This document shows, in pieces, positions 8,329 through 17,336 of a DNA stretch of 64,000 nucleotides (the stretch's first letter is position 1; each line of letters starts with the position of its first letter). The translations under genes and the position numbers were made by a program. The stretch covers positions 239,993-303,992 of the forward strand of contig CBDEUM010000022.1 in NCBI GenBank assembly GCA_965242925.1, in the 5' to 3' direction. The notes beneath the pieces were generated by a model. The model made no database searches. It was not told the DNA's origin and saw nothing but the letters and a program-made list of their open reading frames with translations. This stretch comes from Roseibacillus sp. GTDB taxonomy: Bacteria > Verrucomicrobiota > Verrucomicrobiia > Verrucomicrobiales > Akkermansiaceae.

Positions 8329-10040
8329 TTACGAATCGTCGGCAGCAGATGCAGATTTCTTGTTCTCTTCCTTCTCCGTGGCTGGTTCTTCCTCCGCGGC
8401 AGGTTCTTCCTCCGTGGCTGGTTCTTCCTCCGTGGCAGGTTCTTCCTCCGTGGCAGGTTCTTCCTCCGCGGCAGGTTCTTCCTCCGTGGCAGGTTCTTCC
8501 TCCGTGGCAGGTTCTCCTCCGTGGCAGGTTCTTCCTCCGTGGCAGGTTCTTCCTCCGTGGCAGGTTCTTCCTCCGTGGCAGGCTCTTCCTCCGTGGCAGG
8601 CTCTTCCTCCGTGGCAGGTTCTTCCTCCGTGGCAGGTTCTTCCTCCGTGGCAGGTTCTTCCTCCGTGGCAGGTTCTTCCTCCGTGGCAGGTTCCTCCTCC
8701 GTGGCAGGTTCTTCCTCCGCGGCAGGTTCTTCCTCCGCGGCAGGTTCTTCCTCCGCGGCAGGTTCTTCCTCCCGGGCAGGTTTTCCGCTGAGGGATTGCG
8801 CCTGGTCGAGAATCTTCTGGGCTTCCTCTTCTGTAGACTCCAGCGACTGAGCGATGTAGTCCACCGGCATCTGCAACACCATGTCCGAAGACACACCCCC
8901 GGCACGGTAAAGTTTGTCGGCGATCTGCGGATCTACGCCCAATTCCTCCGCCAGTCCGATGGCGGCATCAGTTACCCGCGCCTCGAACTGCTCGTGCTGA
9001 CTCTCGTCCTTGCGCACCTGCACGTCCCAGTTCACCAGCTTGGAAGTGAGCCGCGCATTCTGTCCCCGGCGACCGATTGCCTTGCTCAGGTCTTCCTCAT
9101 CCACGGTCACATTGATCACCTTGTTCTCCTGGTCCAGGGTGATGGACCGGATCAGTGCCGGTTTGAGGGCGTCGGTCACGAAGGGTTCCGGTTCGTCACT
9201 CCAGCGGATGATGTCCACCTTCTCGTTGTTGAGTTCCCGCACGATGTTCTTCACCCGCGCTCCGCGCAGGCCGACGCAGGCACCGACCGGATCCACCTTT
9301 CCATCATTGCTGAAAACTGCCACCTTGGTCCGGTAGCCGGCCTCCCGCGCGATCCCACGGATCTCCACCGTGTGATCCGAAATCTCGCTCACCTCCGCCT
9401 CAAAAAGTCTTCGCACGAAATTCGGGTGACTGCGGGAGAGCATAATCTCCGGCCCCCGCAACTCGTTGTCCACCGAAACCACATACGCCCGGATACGATC
9501 TCCGACGTTGTAGTCCTCGGTCGAGACTCGTTCCCGCGACGGCATGCGGGCTTCGAATTTTCCGAGGTCGATCATGACATCGTTCTTCTCAAAGCGCCGC
9601 ACCGCTCCACTCACGATGTCGCCGGCGCGATCCTTGAACTCGTCGTAGATCTTCTCCTTCTCGGCCTGGCGCAACCGCTGCATCATGGTCTGCTTGGCAG
9701 TCTGCACCGCAATACGCCCGAAATTCTTTGGCGTCACGTTGAACTCCAGGGGATCATTCAGCTGGACCTCCGGATTCTTCCGACTCGCGAGGGAGATCGG
9801 CACCTCGTTGAACTTGTCCTGATGGTCGTCATCGGCCACCACCCGGAGGGTCGCAAAAATCCGCGTCTCCCCTTGCTTGGTATCCACTTCCGCCCGGAGC
9901 TCTTCAATATCCTCCGCCCCCGGAACCATCCGCCGGTAAGCTGACAAGAAGGCATTCTCAAGAGCCTCGACCACCTTCTCGCGCTCGATGCTCTTTTCCT
10001 TTTCGTAGAATTCTATGAGGGCGACGAGGTCGTTCGTCAT
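8329..10040 (-). CDS. nusA: Transcription termination/antitermination factor NusA with an acidic repeat tail; 1-bp frameshift at ~8515 as sequenced
   Basis: FGRIAVQTAKQ, LSRSHP, AREAGYRTKVAV, DPVGACVG and AIGRRGQNARL motifs. Start MTNDL at 10040. Restoring one base gives ...EEEPATEKEENKKSASAADDS* with TAA at 8329-8331; uncorrected, the ORF runs to 8061. Confidence 0.93.
8374..8786. repeat. Coding tandem repeat, 18-bp unit ctccgtggcaggttcttc x22 plus one degenerate unit, encoding (EEEPAT/A)n
   Basis: Units read directly from the sequence; the unit at 8500-8516 is 17 bp. Confidence 0.97.
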
Positions 10041-10070
10041 GATCTTCTGATCGTTCTGGTCTGGGGACGC

Positions 10071-10100
10071 AAAAGAGCGGGTCGTGGGAACCCACTCTTC
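10071..10100 (-). promoter_or_regulatory. rimP/nusA-leader-type attenuator hairpin
   Basis: Minus strand AAGAGUGGGU-ucccacg-ACCCGCUCUU-UU: a 10-bp stem running into a U tract, 30 nt before the nusA start. Confidence 0.75.
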
Positions 10101-10130
10101 GAAAGCGTCCAGAGTTGTTCTGTTGCGGTG

Positions 10131-10159
10131 GCTATAGGGATGCTCCCCCCATGAATCAA
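10131..10159 (-). promoter_or_regulatory. Putative sigma70-type promoter of the nusA operon
   Basis: TTGATT-N17-TATAGC on the minus strand, just upstream of the leader hairpin. Confidence 0.5.
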
Positions 10160-10253
10160 GACAAAAGACCGGCCCGACCATTCACTCCACCCGGCCCATG
10201 CGGGCCCGTGAAACCGCTCGGTTCACCCTCCCCGGCATCCTGCCTGCCGGTTC

Positions 10254-10928
10254 TCACTTGATCAGTTTGCGCCAGCGCAGGCCGCGCAGTTCGGCGGTCG
10301 TCTGCCACGTCGCCAACCCCAACGGCGCACACTTCTCGATATCCCCGAATCGCAGGCCCAACTTACGGCCCTTGATATTCACGTCCACCATCTCCTTCCC
10401 ATCGATCCAGGCCTTCAGACTCTCCTTGCGGATCTCCAGCCGGATCTTGTACCACTGTTTATCCTTGAAGGCCTGGTAACTGGCGGTCTCGTTCTCGGAA
10501 GCGTCCATGCCGTCGATACTGGAGAATCCGACCACCCCTCCACCCCAGCCGCCACAGATAAAGGTCACGCAGGTCTTGGCATCCCGCACCGGAAGCGTCA
10601 GGCCACAGAAAAAGTCCACCCCGGATGTCCGCCGGGCCTCTACCTCGATCTCGTAAGGGGCCTCCGGGAGATCCGCACCGCTGAACACCACCCCGGTCAG
10701 TTCCGCCCCCTCCGCGATCGCAAGGGTTCCGCCCTTCCACGTTGTATCCCCCTCACCGCCAAAATTCAGTGCCTTCCAGAATCCCATTCCTTCCTTCGCC
10801 GGTGCCAGTGAAACCCACTTTGCTTCCTTGTCACCTGCCTCCTTGCCCTCACCGCTCCCGGGCTTGTCCGCCCCTGCCATCATCATTCCGGCCAGCAACA
10901 CCAGGATTATCCAAAAACGCGCCTTCAT
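10254..10928 (-). CDS. Secreted DUF1080 (3-keto-disaccharide hydrolase-like) domain protein
   Basis: Signal peptide; YEIEVEARR, DFFCGLT, GGWGGGVVG and WYKIRLE motifs. Confidence 0.75.
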   Translation of the reverse strand: MKARFWIILVLLAGMMMAGADKPGSGEGKEAGDKEAKWVSLAPAKEGMGFWKALNFGGEGDTTWKGGTLAIAEGAELTGVVFSGADLPEAPYEIEVEARRTSGVDFFCGLTLPVRDAKTCVTFICGGWGGGVVGFSSIDGMDASENETASYQAFKDKQWYKIRLEIRKESLKAWIDGKEMVDVNIKGRKLGLRFGDIEKCAPLGLATWQTTAELRGLRWRKLIK

Positions 10929-11055
10929 CGTCTCTCAACTATTCACCCTGCGCGCGAACCCCGCAAGCCAAGAGACCGCCCACCTGCCTTCATTACGCTA
11001 ACGCTTCCCCGTGACCAGCCACCGTGCAAACTGCATACTGAACATTGAATCCTGA

Positions 11056-11145
11056 CACAGATCCATCCTCCTGGACGCTGCTTACACCCTGATCCACCCC
11101 TCCGAGACAGTGGGGCAGTCCTATCCCCACCACCTCGAAGCGGTC
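11056..11145 (+). pseudogene. Remnant N-terminus of a HAD-superfamily hydrolase
   Basis: After a TGA at 11053 the frame reads HRSILLDAAYTLIHPSETVGQSY, which resembles REG-2-like HAD motif I; the similarity then stops. Confidence 0.4.
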
Positions 11146-11250
11146 CCCGGGTTGGTGGGCGTCGTGCCCTTGACTCTCAGACGAACCGCCTCACTCTTGC
11201 TGGCAGATCCTCCCCCCGAGCCAACTCAGGCCCTCAAGGTTATCTCACTA

Positions 11251-12024
11251 ATGAGTTCGATTCGAAAAGGGGTTCCATTTCCAGATGACGGCACACGCGA
11301 AACGGCCTGCCAATGCCCCATCGGCAAGCCGACCATGTTCCAGTCCTGGCAGAATCTGCTCTTCCTGCACTGGGCGGTACCGGTAAAAACCCTGGAAGGT
11401 CATCTTCCCCAGGGCCTACGTCTCGATGATTTTGAGGGCCAGGCTTGGCTCGGTATCGTTCCTTTCTTCATGCGGGATATCCGTCCCCGTCGACTCCCTG
11501 CCATACCCGGAATTTCCAACTTCCTGGAACTTAATGTGCGAACCTACGTCTATGATGAATCCGGAATTCCCGGGGTCTGGTTTTTCTCGCTGGATGCCAA
11601 CCGCAGGATGGCCTGCGCTCTCGGCCGCTCACTTTTTCACCTGCCTTACCGCCAAGCGAAAATGAGCACACAGGCTGGAGAGTGGATCGATTACAGGGCT
11701 CTGCGAAACGGAGAAACAGAATCAGCCGACTACCGTTATCGCGGCATTGGCCCGGACCGCATCGCAGAGCCAGGCTCCCTGGAGTTCTTCCTGCTTGAGC
11801 GTTACGTCCTCTACTCACATGAGAAAAAGAAAAATCGCCTCTGCCGCGCGAGAGTCCATCACGAGCCCTACCGGTTCCATGATGCTGAAGTCGAGCGATT
11901 CTCGACCGCACCACTTGCCTGGAACCACCTTCCGCTAGTGCCCGCCCCTCCAGATCACGCCTGCACCGTTCCACGAGTCGACGTCAGCATCTTCAGCCTG
12001 TGCGAAGTCGGCACGGTGCCATAA
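11251..12024 (+). CDS. YqjF/DUF2071 family protein
   Basis: MFQSWQNLLFLHW, FLELNVRTYV, GVWFFSLDA, FFLLERY and VHHEPY motifs. Start at ATG 11251 is inferred. Confidence 0.85.
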   Translation: MSSIRKGVPFPDDGTRETACQCPIGKPTMFQSWQNLLFLHWAVPVKTLEGHLPQGLRLDDFEGQAWLGIVPFFMRDIRPRRLPAIPGISNFLELNVRTYVYDESGIPGVWFFSLDANRRMACALGRSLFHLPYRQAKMSTQAGEWIDYRALRNGETESADYRYRGIGPDRIAEPGSLEFFLLERYVLYSHEKKKNRLCRARVHHEPYRFHDAEVERFSTAPLAWNHLPLVPAPPDHACTVPRVDVSIFSLCEVGTVP

Positions 12025-12117
12025 GAACCGCAAGATCGGAAGGAGTGGCCTTGGATCCGTCCCGGACAAAACGGGGATTAGCGGAAACCGCTGGAATTCA
12101 CAGCCGGAAGCTGAAAG

Positions 12118-12190
12118 TACGGAGACTGGGACTCGAACCCAGGACCAATTGGTTAAAAGCCAACTGCTCTACCAACTGAGCTACCTCCGC
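12118..12190 (-). tRNA. tRNA-Lys (anticodon UUU); CCA not encoded
   Basis: GCGGAGG-TA-GCTCAGTTGGTAGAGC-A-GTTGG CTTTTAA CCAAT-TGGTC-CTGGG TTCGAGT CCCAG-TCTCCGT-A folds as a full cloverleaf. Confidence 0.96.
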
Positions 12191-12218
12191 TTTTGGTTGC
12201 TCGTTTGGGGGCGGCGGG

Positions 12219-12247
12219 AGATAACGATCCCGTGGGCGTCCTGACAA
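12219..12247 (-). promoter_or_regulatory. Possible promoter of tRNA-Lys
   Basis: TTGTCA-N17-TTATCT on the minus strand, followed by a GC-rich tract. Confidence 0.3.
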
Positions 12248-12316
12248 GGGAATTCTTGCTCATGCGGACGAGAATCCGGGGATTGGAGCGGAACCGGAGC
12301 GGCTTTGCCGAGGTCC

Positions 12317-13558
12317 CTACCCCAACAACGCCATCACCAGCCCACTCCGGATCTTGGGCTGAAACCAGGTCGACTTCGGGGGCATTATGCGGTTCTGGCG
12401 GCAAACCTCGATGAACTGGTCAATGGTTACCGGGGCAAGGGTCACTGCGAGGTCGTGCCGGCCAGCGTCGACCTCGGACCTGAGGTAGGCGGCATCCCGG
12501 TTGCCCCCTACGAAGGTGAGTTCCCCGGCCCGGGGATCCTCGATCCCGAGCACGTCGGCAAAGAGATGCCTCTGCAGGATGTCGGAATCGACGGACTGGG
12601 CTGCGTTGGAAGAGTCGAAGGCCGACTCCCGCGGCACCAGCTTGAGCCACGCGCCCTCAAGGTAGAGGCCAATCTCATGGATTTTCTCCGGCTGATACTC
12701 GGAGAGTTCAAGACTCTCGATCTCAAAGGTCTCCTGCAGGGCCTCTTCCAGGCGCGCCCGCGTGATTCCCGGCGCGGTCACGAGGCGGTTATAAGGTGCC
12801 AAGCCCATTGTGTGAGCCGGGAAGAACACCGTCAGGAACTCTCCGGTTCCCCGCATGGCGGCGGCTGCGCTCCGGTGGTTGCCGTCCGCCACGTAGGCAT
12901 GCGACTCGACCGCCAGGACCTCCCGCAGGCAGGCAATCTCGTCCACAGCGGTAACAAGCCAGATGCGATGCGCGCTGCCATCATCGTGATCGGCGGCCTC
13001 AAAGTCACAGGGACGGTCGTCCGCGTAGTCCAGCAGGGCGTTAAGCAGCTTATTCTCCACGTCGTCCACCGAGAGGTTGACCGTCCCGATGATGGCCCCG
13101 GTGGCCTCGATGAGATCGGCGCGGCCCCGGGCTTTCTCCTCCCGGATTCCCTCGTTGCGGATGATCACGCCGTCGGGGGTGGCTTCCGTGCGAATGTCAT
13201 CAGTGGGAACCATCCCACCGAGTCCGATCTGGCGCACTCCGGGACGGGCAGGATCGACGATCTCGTACAGGAAGAGGGCATCCTCTACCTCCTCCGTGGA
13301 CGCGCTCTCGACCAGTCGGGCCATCTCCCGGGTTCCCATTGCGAGGGCCCCGGGTGAGCCATCCGGCAACATCTCTTCCGCACGCCGGGCATTGCAATGG
13401 GGCATGGTCACGCGCAATACACTCTCCCCCTGCACCTGAAGGAGCTCCCATATCTCACGGTCGCTCTGGAATTCGTCGTAGTTCGGGCTGCAAAGGCGCT
13501 GGGCGGCTCCCGAGTCGACGGGAACCAGGGCTCGGCGGATCGGGTTGACAGTGACCAT
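12317..13558 (-). CDS. DUF1015 family protein
   Basis: SPNYDE, YVADGNHRSAAA and MPPKSTWFQPKIRSGL motifs. Start MVTVNP is inferred. Confidence 0.88.
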   Translation of the reverse strand: MVTVNPIRRALVPVDSGAAQRLCSPNYDEFQSDREIWELLQVQGESVLRVTMPHCNARRAEEMLPDGSPGALAMGTREMARLVESASTEEVEDALFLYEIVDPARPGVRQIGLGGMVPTDDIRTEATPDGVIIRNEGIREEKARGRADLIEATGAIIGTVNLSVDDVENKLLNALLDYADDRPCDFEAADHDDGSAHRIWLVTAVDEIACLREVLAVESHAYVADGNHRSAAAAMRGTGEFLTVFFPAHTMGLAPYNRLVTAPGITRARLEEALQETFEIESLELSEYQPEKIHEIGLYLEGAWLKLVPRESAFDSSNAAQSVDSDILQRHLFADVLGIEDPRAGELTFVGGNRDAAYLRSEVDAGRHDLAVTLAPVTIDQFIEVCRQNRIMPPKSTWFQPKIRSGLVMALLG

Positions 13559-13630
13559 CGGTTCGAAAAGGGCCGCGACCCTGCGGAGCACGCCGGGGAG
13601 GGTCAATTCTTTCTTCGCGACAGTTCGCGC

Positions 13631-14008
13631 TCACAAACGGTCTGCGTCCTCTCCTGCAGGAGGAGCAATGCGGAACTCTTCCACCACCTTCCCGCCCACG
13701 AGGTGTTCATCCACAATCCGGGCCAGAACCTCCGGGGTGCAGGAGTGATACCAGACGTCCTCGGGATAAATCACCGCAATAGGACCCCGTTCGCAAACCC
13801 GCAGGCAATTGGCCTTGGACCGAAGGAGCCGGGGATAATGGCCATCCAATTCCCTGAGACGCGCCTTGAGAAACTCCCAGGACTCAAGGCTGAGATCGCG
13901 GCGACAGCACTTGGGCTTGCTCTGGTCACAGCAGAGGAATATGTGGCGCTTTTCCTCATGCAGACCCAACTCCTCTGCAATTTCTGTTAGATTTTCCTCA
14001 GAGCCCAT
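13631..14008 (-). CDS. Thioredoxin-like [2Fe-2S] ferredoxin
   Basis: HIFLC...KPKCC...[22 protein letters not shown] and EHLVGG motifs. Confidence 0.88.
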   Translation of the reverse strand: MGSEENLTEIAEELGLHEEKRHIFLCCDQSKPKCCRRDLSLESWEFLKARLRELDGHYPRLLRSKANCLRVCERGPIAVIYPEDVWYHSCTPEVLARIVDEHLVGGKVVEEFRIAPPAGEDADRL

Positions 14009-14486
14009 TTTCCAGCCCTTCCGTAGGTGCTTTACTGATCCATCGACGAACAAGCTCAGACCCCACCCTCGACCAAGAGATGACTCCCGGAAAAGAGCAT
14101 CTATCCGGGGCCCAACGGTTCATGCGAACCAGAAACCCGGAGCGCTTCAGCCCCCTGCACGCCGCCAGGCCCTGTCCTTGCCCATCATCAACCTCCATCA
14201 CTATTCCCCACATGTGGTAGACGGATAAGGGGAGGGCTGTCGATAAATTCCAACGAAGCACTGTTCCTCGTGTCCCAAACGGGACCCATCCTCACCCAAA
14301 TGGGCCCTGGTGCCACAGGAAATTTCACGAAATTCCTGACAACAAATCCCTCCTCATCGACGTTTAACAGCTAGAACAGATTTCCAACGTGGACGGCCAC
14401 CGGGGGGCTTTATGGGTTTTGCCTCTCGTGGCCGTTCACCTTTTTCTGGAAGAAATCTCTCCAGCCTATATCCCTCTCCCACGCCC

Positions 14487-15254
14487 ATGAAGCTCCTCCT
14501 CACCCTTGGCGCCAGCCTGACTCTCTCCGTTGCAGCCCAGACCGACGGCGAATCCAGCCCCCCCCCCGCCACGCCGTCAACCAGCACTCAACCGCTTCCA
14601 CGGGCCAAGGCAGGGGCCCCGGAGAAGGCTGCCCTTCCCAGCAGGCTCGGAGACAGTTTCGCGAGGCGCCGCGCCCGCATCGCAGAAGCACGCAAGAAGG
14701 CCCGTGCCAGCGCCAGCAAGAAAAAGCCGGAAGCCGCAAAACTCGTCCTCCCTGCTGAGAGTGCCTCGGATGCAACACTGCCCGGCACATGGGTCCTGCA
14801 AAGCGAAAGCTTGGGCAAGTCGCTCACGGAGCAGTTCCAGGAGGCCGCCGGTAAGGGCGCCACCTTCAAGCTGGGAAAACTGGACGGTCACTATCTCGCC
14901 GAGATAAATCCCGAGGACAGCAAGATCACGGTAAAATGGAATGAATGGAAAATGGAGAGCGTGACCACGCGGGGAGATATCGCAGTCACGCTGACCGTGA
15001 CCGTAAAGGGCACCCAGGAGTACGAAATCGTGCAACTCACCAGCGGCACGAAGCCCGAGGGCCGGAAACTGCTGGTGAAACTGGTAAAGGATGACACCAC
15101 ATCAGAGAGTTTCTTCCAGGGATCCAAGATGCGGACCAAGGTGGATCTGCCCAAACTTCGCAGCGGGCACTGGGCCCTTCACGAAGGACTCCTCTACCTC
15201 CAGGGCTCCCTGCAGAAAGAGGCTTGGAAGTTCGACCGGAAATCGCCTGAGTAG
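14487..15254 (+). CDS. Secreted hypothetical protein
   Basis: Signal peptide MKLLLTLGASLTLSVAA, a Pro/Ala/Lys-rich linker and a beta-rich C-terminal domain. Confidence 0.7.
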   Translation: MKLLLTLGASLTLSVAAQTDGESSPPPATPSTSTQPLPRAKAGAPEKAALPSRLGDSFARRRARIAEARKKARASASKKKPEAAKLVLPAESASDATLPGTWVLQSESLGKSLTEQFQEAAGKGATFKLGKLDGHYLAEINPEDSKITVKWNEWKMESVTTRGDIAVTLTVTVKGTQEYEIVQLTSGTKPEGRKLLVKLVKDDTTSESFFQGSKMRTKVDLPKLRSGHWALHEGLLYLQGSLQKEAWKFDRKSPE

Positions 15255-15372
15255 CTTTCCCCGTCACTCTCTCCACCCGGAAGGGCGGTGGAATCCGTCA
15301 GCCTCAACAGCTTCCGGACCTTTGGAGGTCAAAGGGCGGAAGATCGAATGACATTCCCCCATTCTCGATGAC

Positions 15373-17193
15373 TTACAGCAACTGCGTCTGCGCCAGGAGG
15401 CGGTAAGTTCCCTCCGCGGCAATCAGTTCGTCGTGATTCCCGGATTCCACGATCTTACCGCCCTGCATGACATAAATCCGATCGGCGTGCTTCACGGTCC
15501 CCAGACGGTGCGCAATAATCAGGCTGGTGCGGCCCTTCATCAGCTCATCCAGGGCTTCCTGCACAAGACGTTCGCTCTCCGAGTCAAGGGCACTGGTGGC
15601 CTCGTCCAGCAGAAGAATCTTCGGATCGGCAAGAATGGCGCGGGCGATCGCAATACGCTGCCTCTGACCGCCACTCAACTTCACCCCACGCGGCCCGACC
15701 GCGGTTTCGTAGCCTTCGGGAAACTCGCTGATGAACTCATGGGCATGGGCTTTGCGGGCAGCCTCTTCGATTTCCTCCCGGGTGGCTTCCGGTTTGCCAT
15801 ACCCGATATTTTCCGCCACCGATCCACCAAAGAGGAGAACGTCCTGCGGAACAAGGGCCATCGCTCCGCGCAAGGTCGCAAGGGAAAGTTCAGCGACAGG
15901 ATCACCATCAATGAGAAGAGCCCCATCCTGCGGATCGTAAAAGCGCAGAAGTAGCGAGAAGAGGGTGGATTTACCCGCTCCGCTCTGGCCAACAAAGGCA
16001 ATCCGCTCGCTGCTTTCGGCCCGGAAGGAGACTCCGTCGAGGACTGCTTTCTCGGGACGCGAGGGGTAGGCAAAGCTCACGTTCTGCGCCTCCACCGCGC
16101 CCAGCACTTCGAAGGGCGCTTCCTTCCCGGTCGTTGCTTCAGGCTCTTCGCCCAGGATCTCACGCAATCGCTCGGTGGCACCGTTGGCCTTCTGAATCTG
16201 ACTCACGATCTCGGGGAAAGCCCCAAGGGACGCCCCCACGAAAACGCTGAAGAGGATGAAGGCCGTGAACTCAAAGGGCGTAATCTCCTCCCGGGCCAGC
16301 ATGCCGGCACCGAACCAGGCCACCACTGAGACACTGCCGAAGAGGACGAAGATGATAAAGGAGACGAAGAGCGCGCGAACCTTCGCCCCCCGGATGACCA
16401 CTGTAAGATACTCGCCCAGGGCAGACCGATAGCGATCTTCCTCATGAGCCTCGTTGCCGTATGCCTTCAACTCCGCTATCCCCTGCGTACTCTCCTCGAG
16501 AACCACCCCGCTGACTGCCAGGCTGTCCTGGGCCCCGCGCGAATAGGCACGCACCCGCCGCCCGAAGATCGCAACTGCCAGGATCACCACCGGAATCATG
16601 GCCAGCATGAAGAGGGAAAGTTTCCAGCTCATGATGAAGATGAAAAACAGCCCTCCCAGCAGGATAACTGACTGCCTTGCGAGTTGCGGGACGGTGGTAA
16701 GAAGGGTTTCCCGCAAGACCGCGAGATCGGCTGAGACACGATTACTCAACTCGCCCGCACGATGCCTCTGAAAGAACTCCACCGGCAGATGCACAAGCCG
16801 CGCAAAGACATCGCAGCGGATGTCGTTAAGGGCGCTCTCACCTGCCTTGATAAAACCACGAACCCGCCAGTAAACAATGATGGCCTGCGCTGCCAGGATG
16901 ACAAGGAGCGTGAGAACCGTCCTGTTGATGCTGGTGGCAACACCCTCTTTGTCGATCGTGCCGGTCGACTTCAAAGCCTCGGAAAGGGATCCGATCGGGC
17001 TACCAATGAGCTTGCTGAGATAATAGGGAAAAGCAAGGGAGAGCCCCGCCGTGACAAATAACGCGACGAGCGAAGGAAGGAAGATCGCCCGATAACGATT
17101 GAGGTATCCGTAGAAGGAGAGCGCGGACACGCGCTTTCGACGATGTTCCTTCTCTGAGGTCTCCTTCCGCGGCATGCGCGGATGGGACACCAT
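15373..17193 (-). CDS. ABC exporter, fused permease/ATP-binding (MsbA/ABCB-like)
   Basis: TM domain followed by Walker A GQSGAGKS, signature LSGGQRQRIAIARA, LLDEATSALD and IAHRL. Confidence 0.93.
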   Translation of the reverse strand: MVSHPRMPRKETSEKEHRRKRVSALSFYGYLNRYRAIFLPSLVALFVTAGLSLAFPYYLSKLIGSPIGSLSEALKSTGTIDKEGVATSINRTVLTLLVILAAQAIIVYWRVRGFIKAGESALNDIRCDVFARLVHLPVEFFQRHRAGELSNRVSADLAVLRETLLTTVPQLARQSVILLGGLFFIFIMSWKLSLFMLAMIPVVILAVAIFGRRVRAYSRGAQDSLAVSGVVLEESTQGIAELKAYGNEAHEEDRYRSALGEYLTVVIRGAKVRALFVSFIIFVLFGSVSVVAWFGAGMLAREEITPFEFTAFILFSVFVGASLGAFPEIVSQIQKANGATERLREILGEEPEATTGKEAPFEVLGAVEAQNVSFAYPSRPEKAVLDGVSFRAESSERIAFVGQSGAGKSTLFSLLLRFYDPQDGALLIDGDPVAELSLATLRGAMALVPQDVLLFGGSVAENIGYGKPEATREEIEEAARKAHAHEFISEFPEGYETAVGPRGVKLSGGQRQRIAIARAILADPKILLLDEATSALDSESERLVQEALDELMKGRTSLIIAHRLGTVKHADRIYVMQGGKIVESGNHDELIAAEGTYRLLAQTQLL

Positions 17194-17336
17194 GCCAAGG
17201 GCAGTAGCAAGTCTCCGGGTCGGCTCAATCGTCCCCGGCGCTCAGGATCAATTGCCCCTCCTGACCACCGGGATCAGGGACATGAGGTTCATGTGGAAAT
17301 GCCCGGGCAGGCGTTCTTCCCGCTACACGCCATTCC

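Noticed and set aside
8374..8786. CRISPR array
   Set aside because: Head-to-tail 18-bp units with no unique spacers, in frame within nusA; no cas genes.
12118..12190. tRNA-Lys as an island integration site
   Set aside because: No integrase and no duplicated tRNA 3' end noticed in the window.
14316..14338. Palindrome caggaaatttcacgaaattcctg (and a similar one at ~3925-3944) as regulatory elements
   Set aside because: Short imperfect hairpins with no U-tract or recognisable motif; function cannot be supported.
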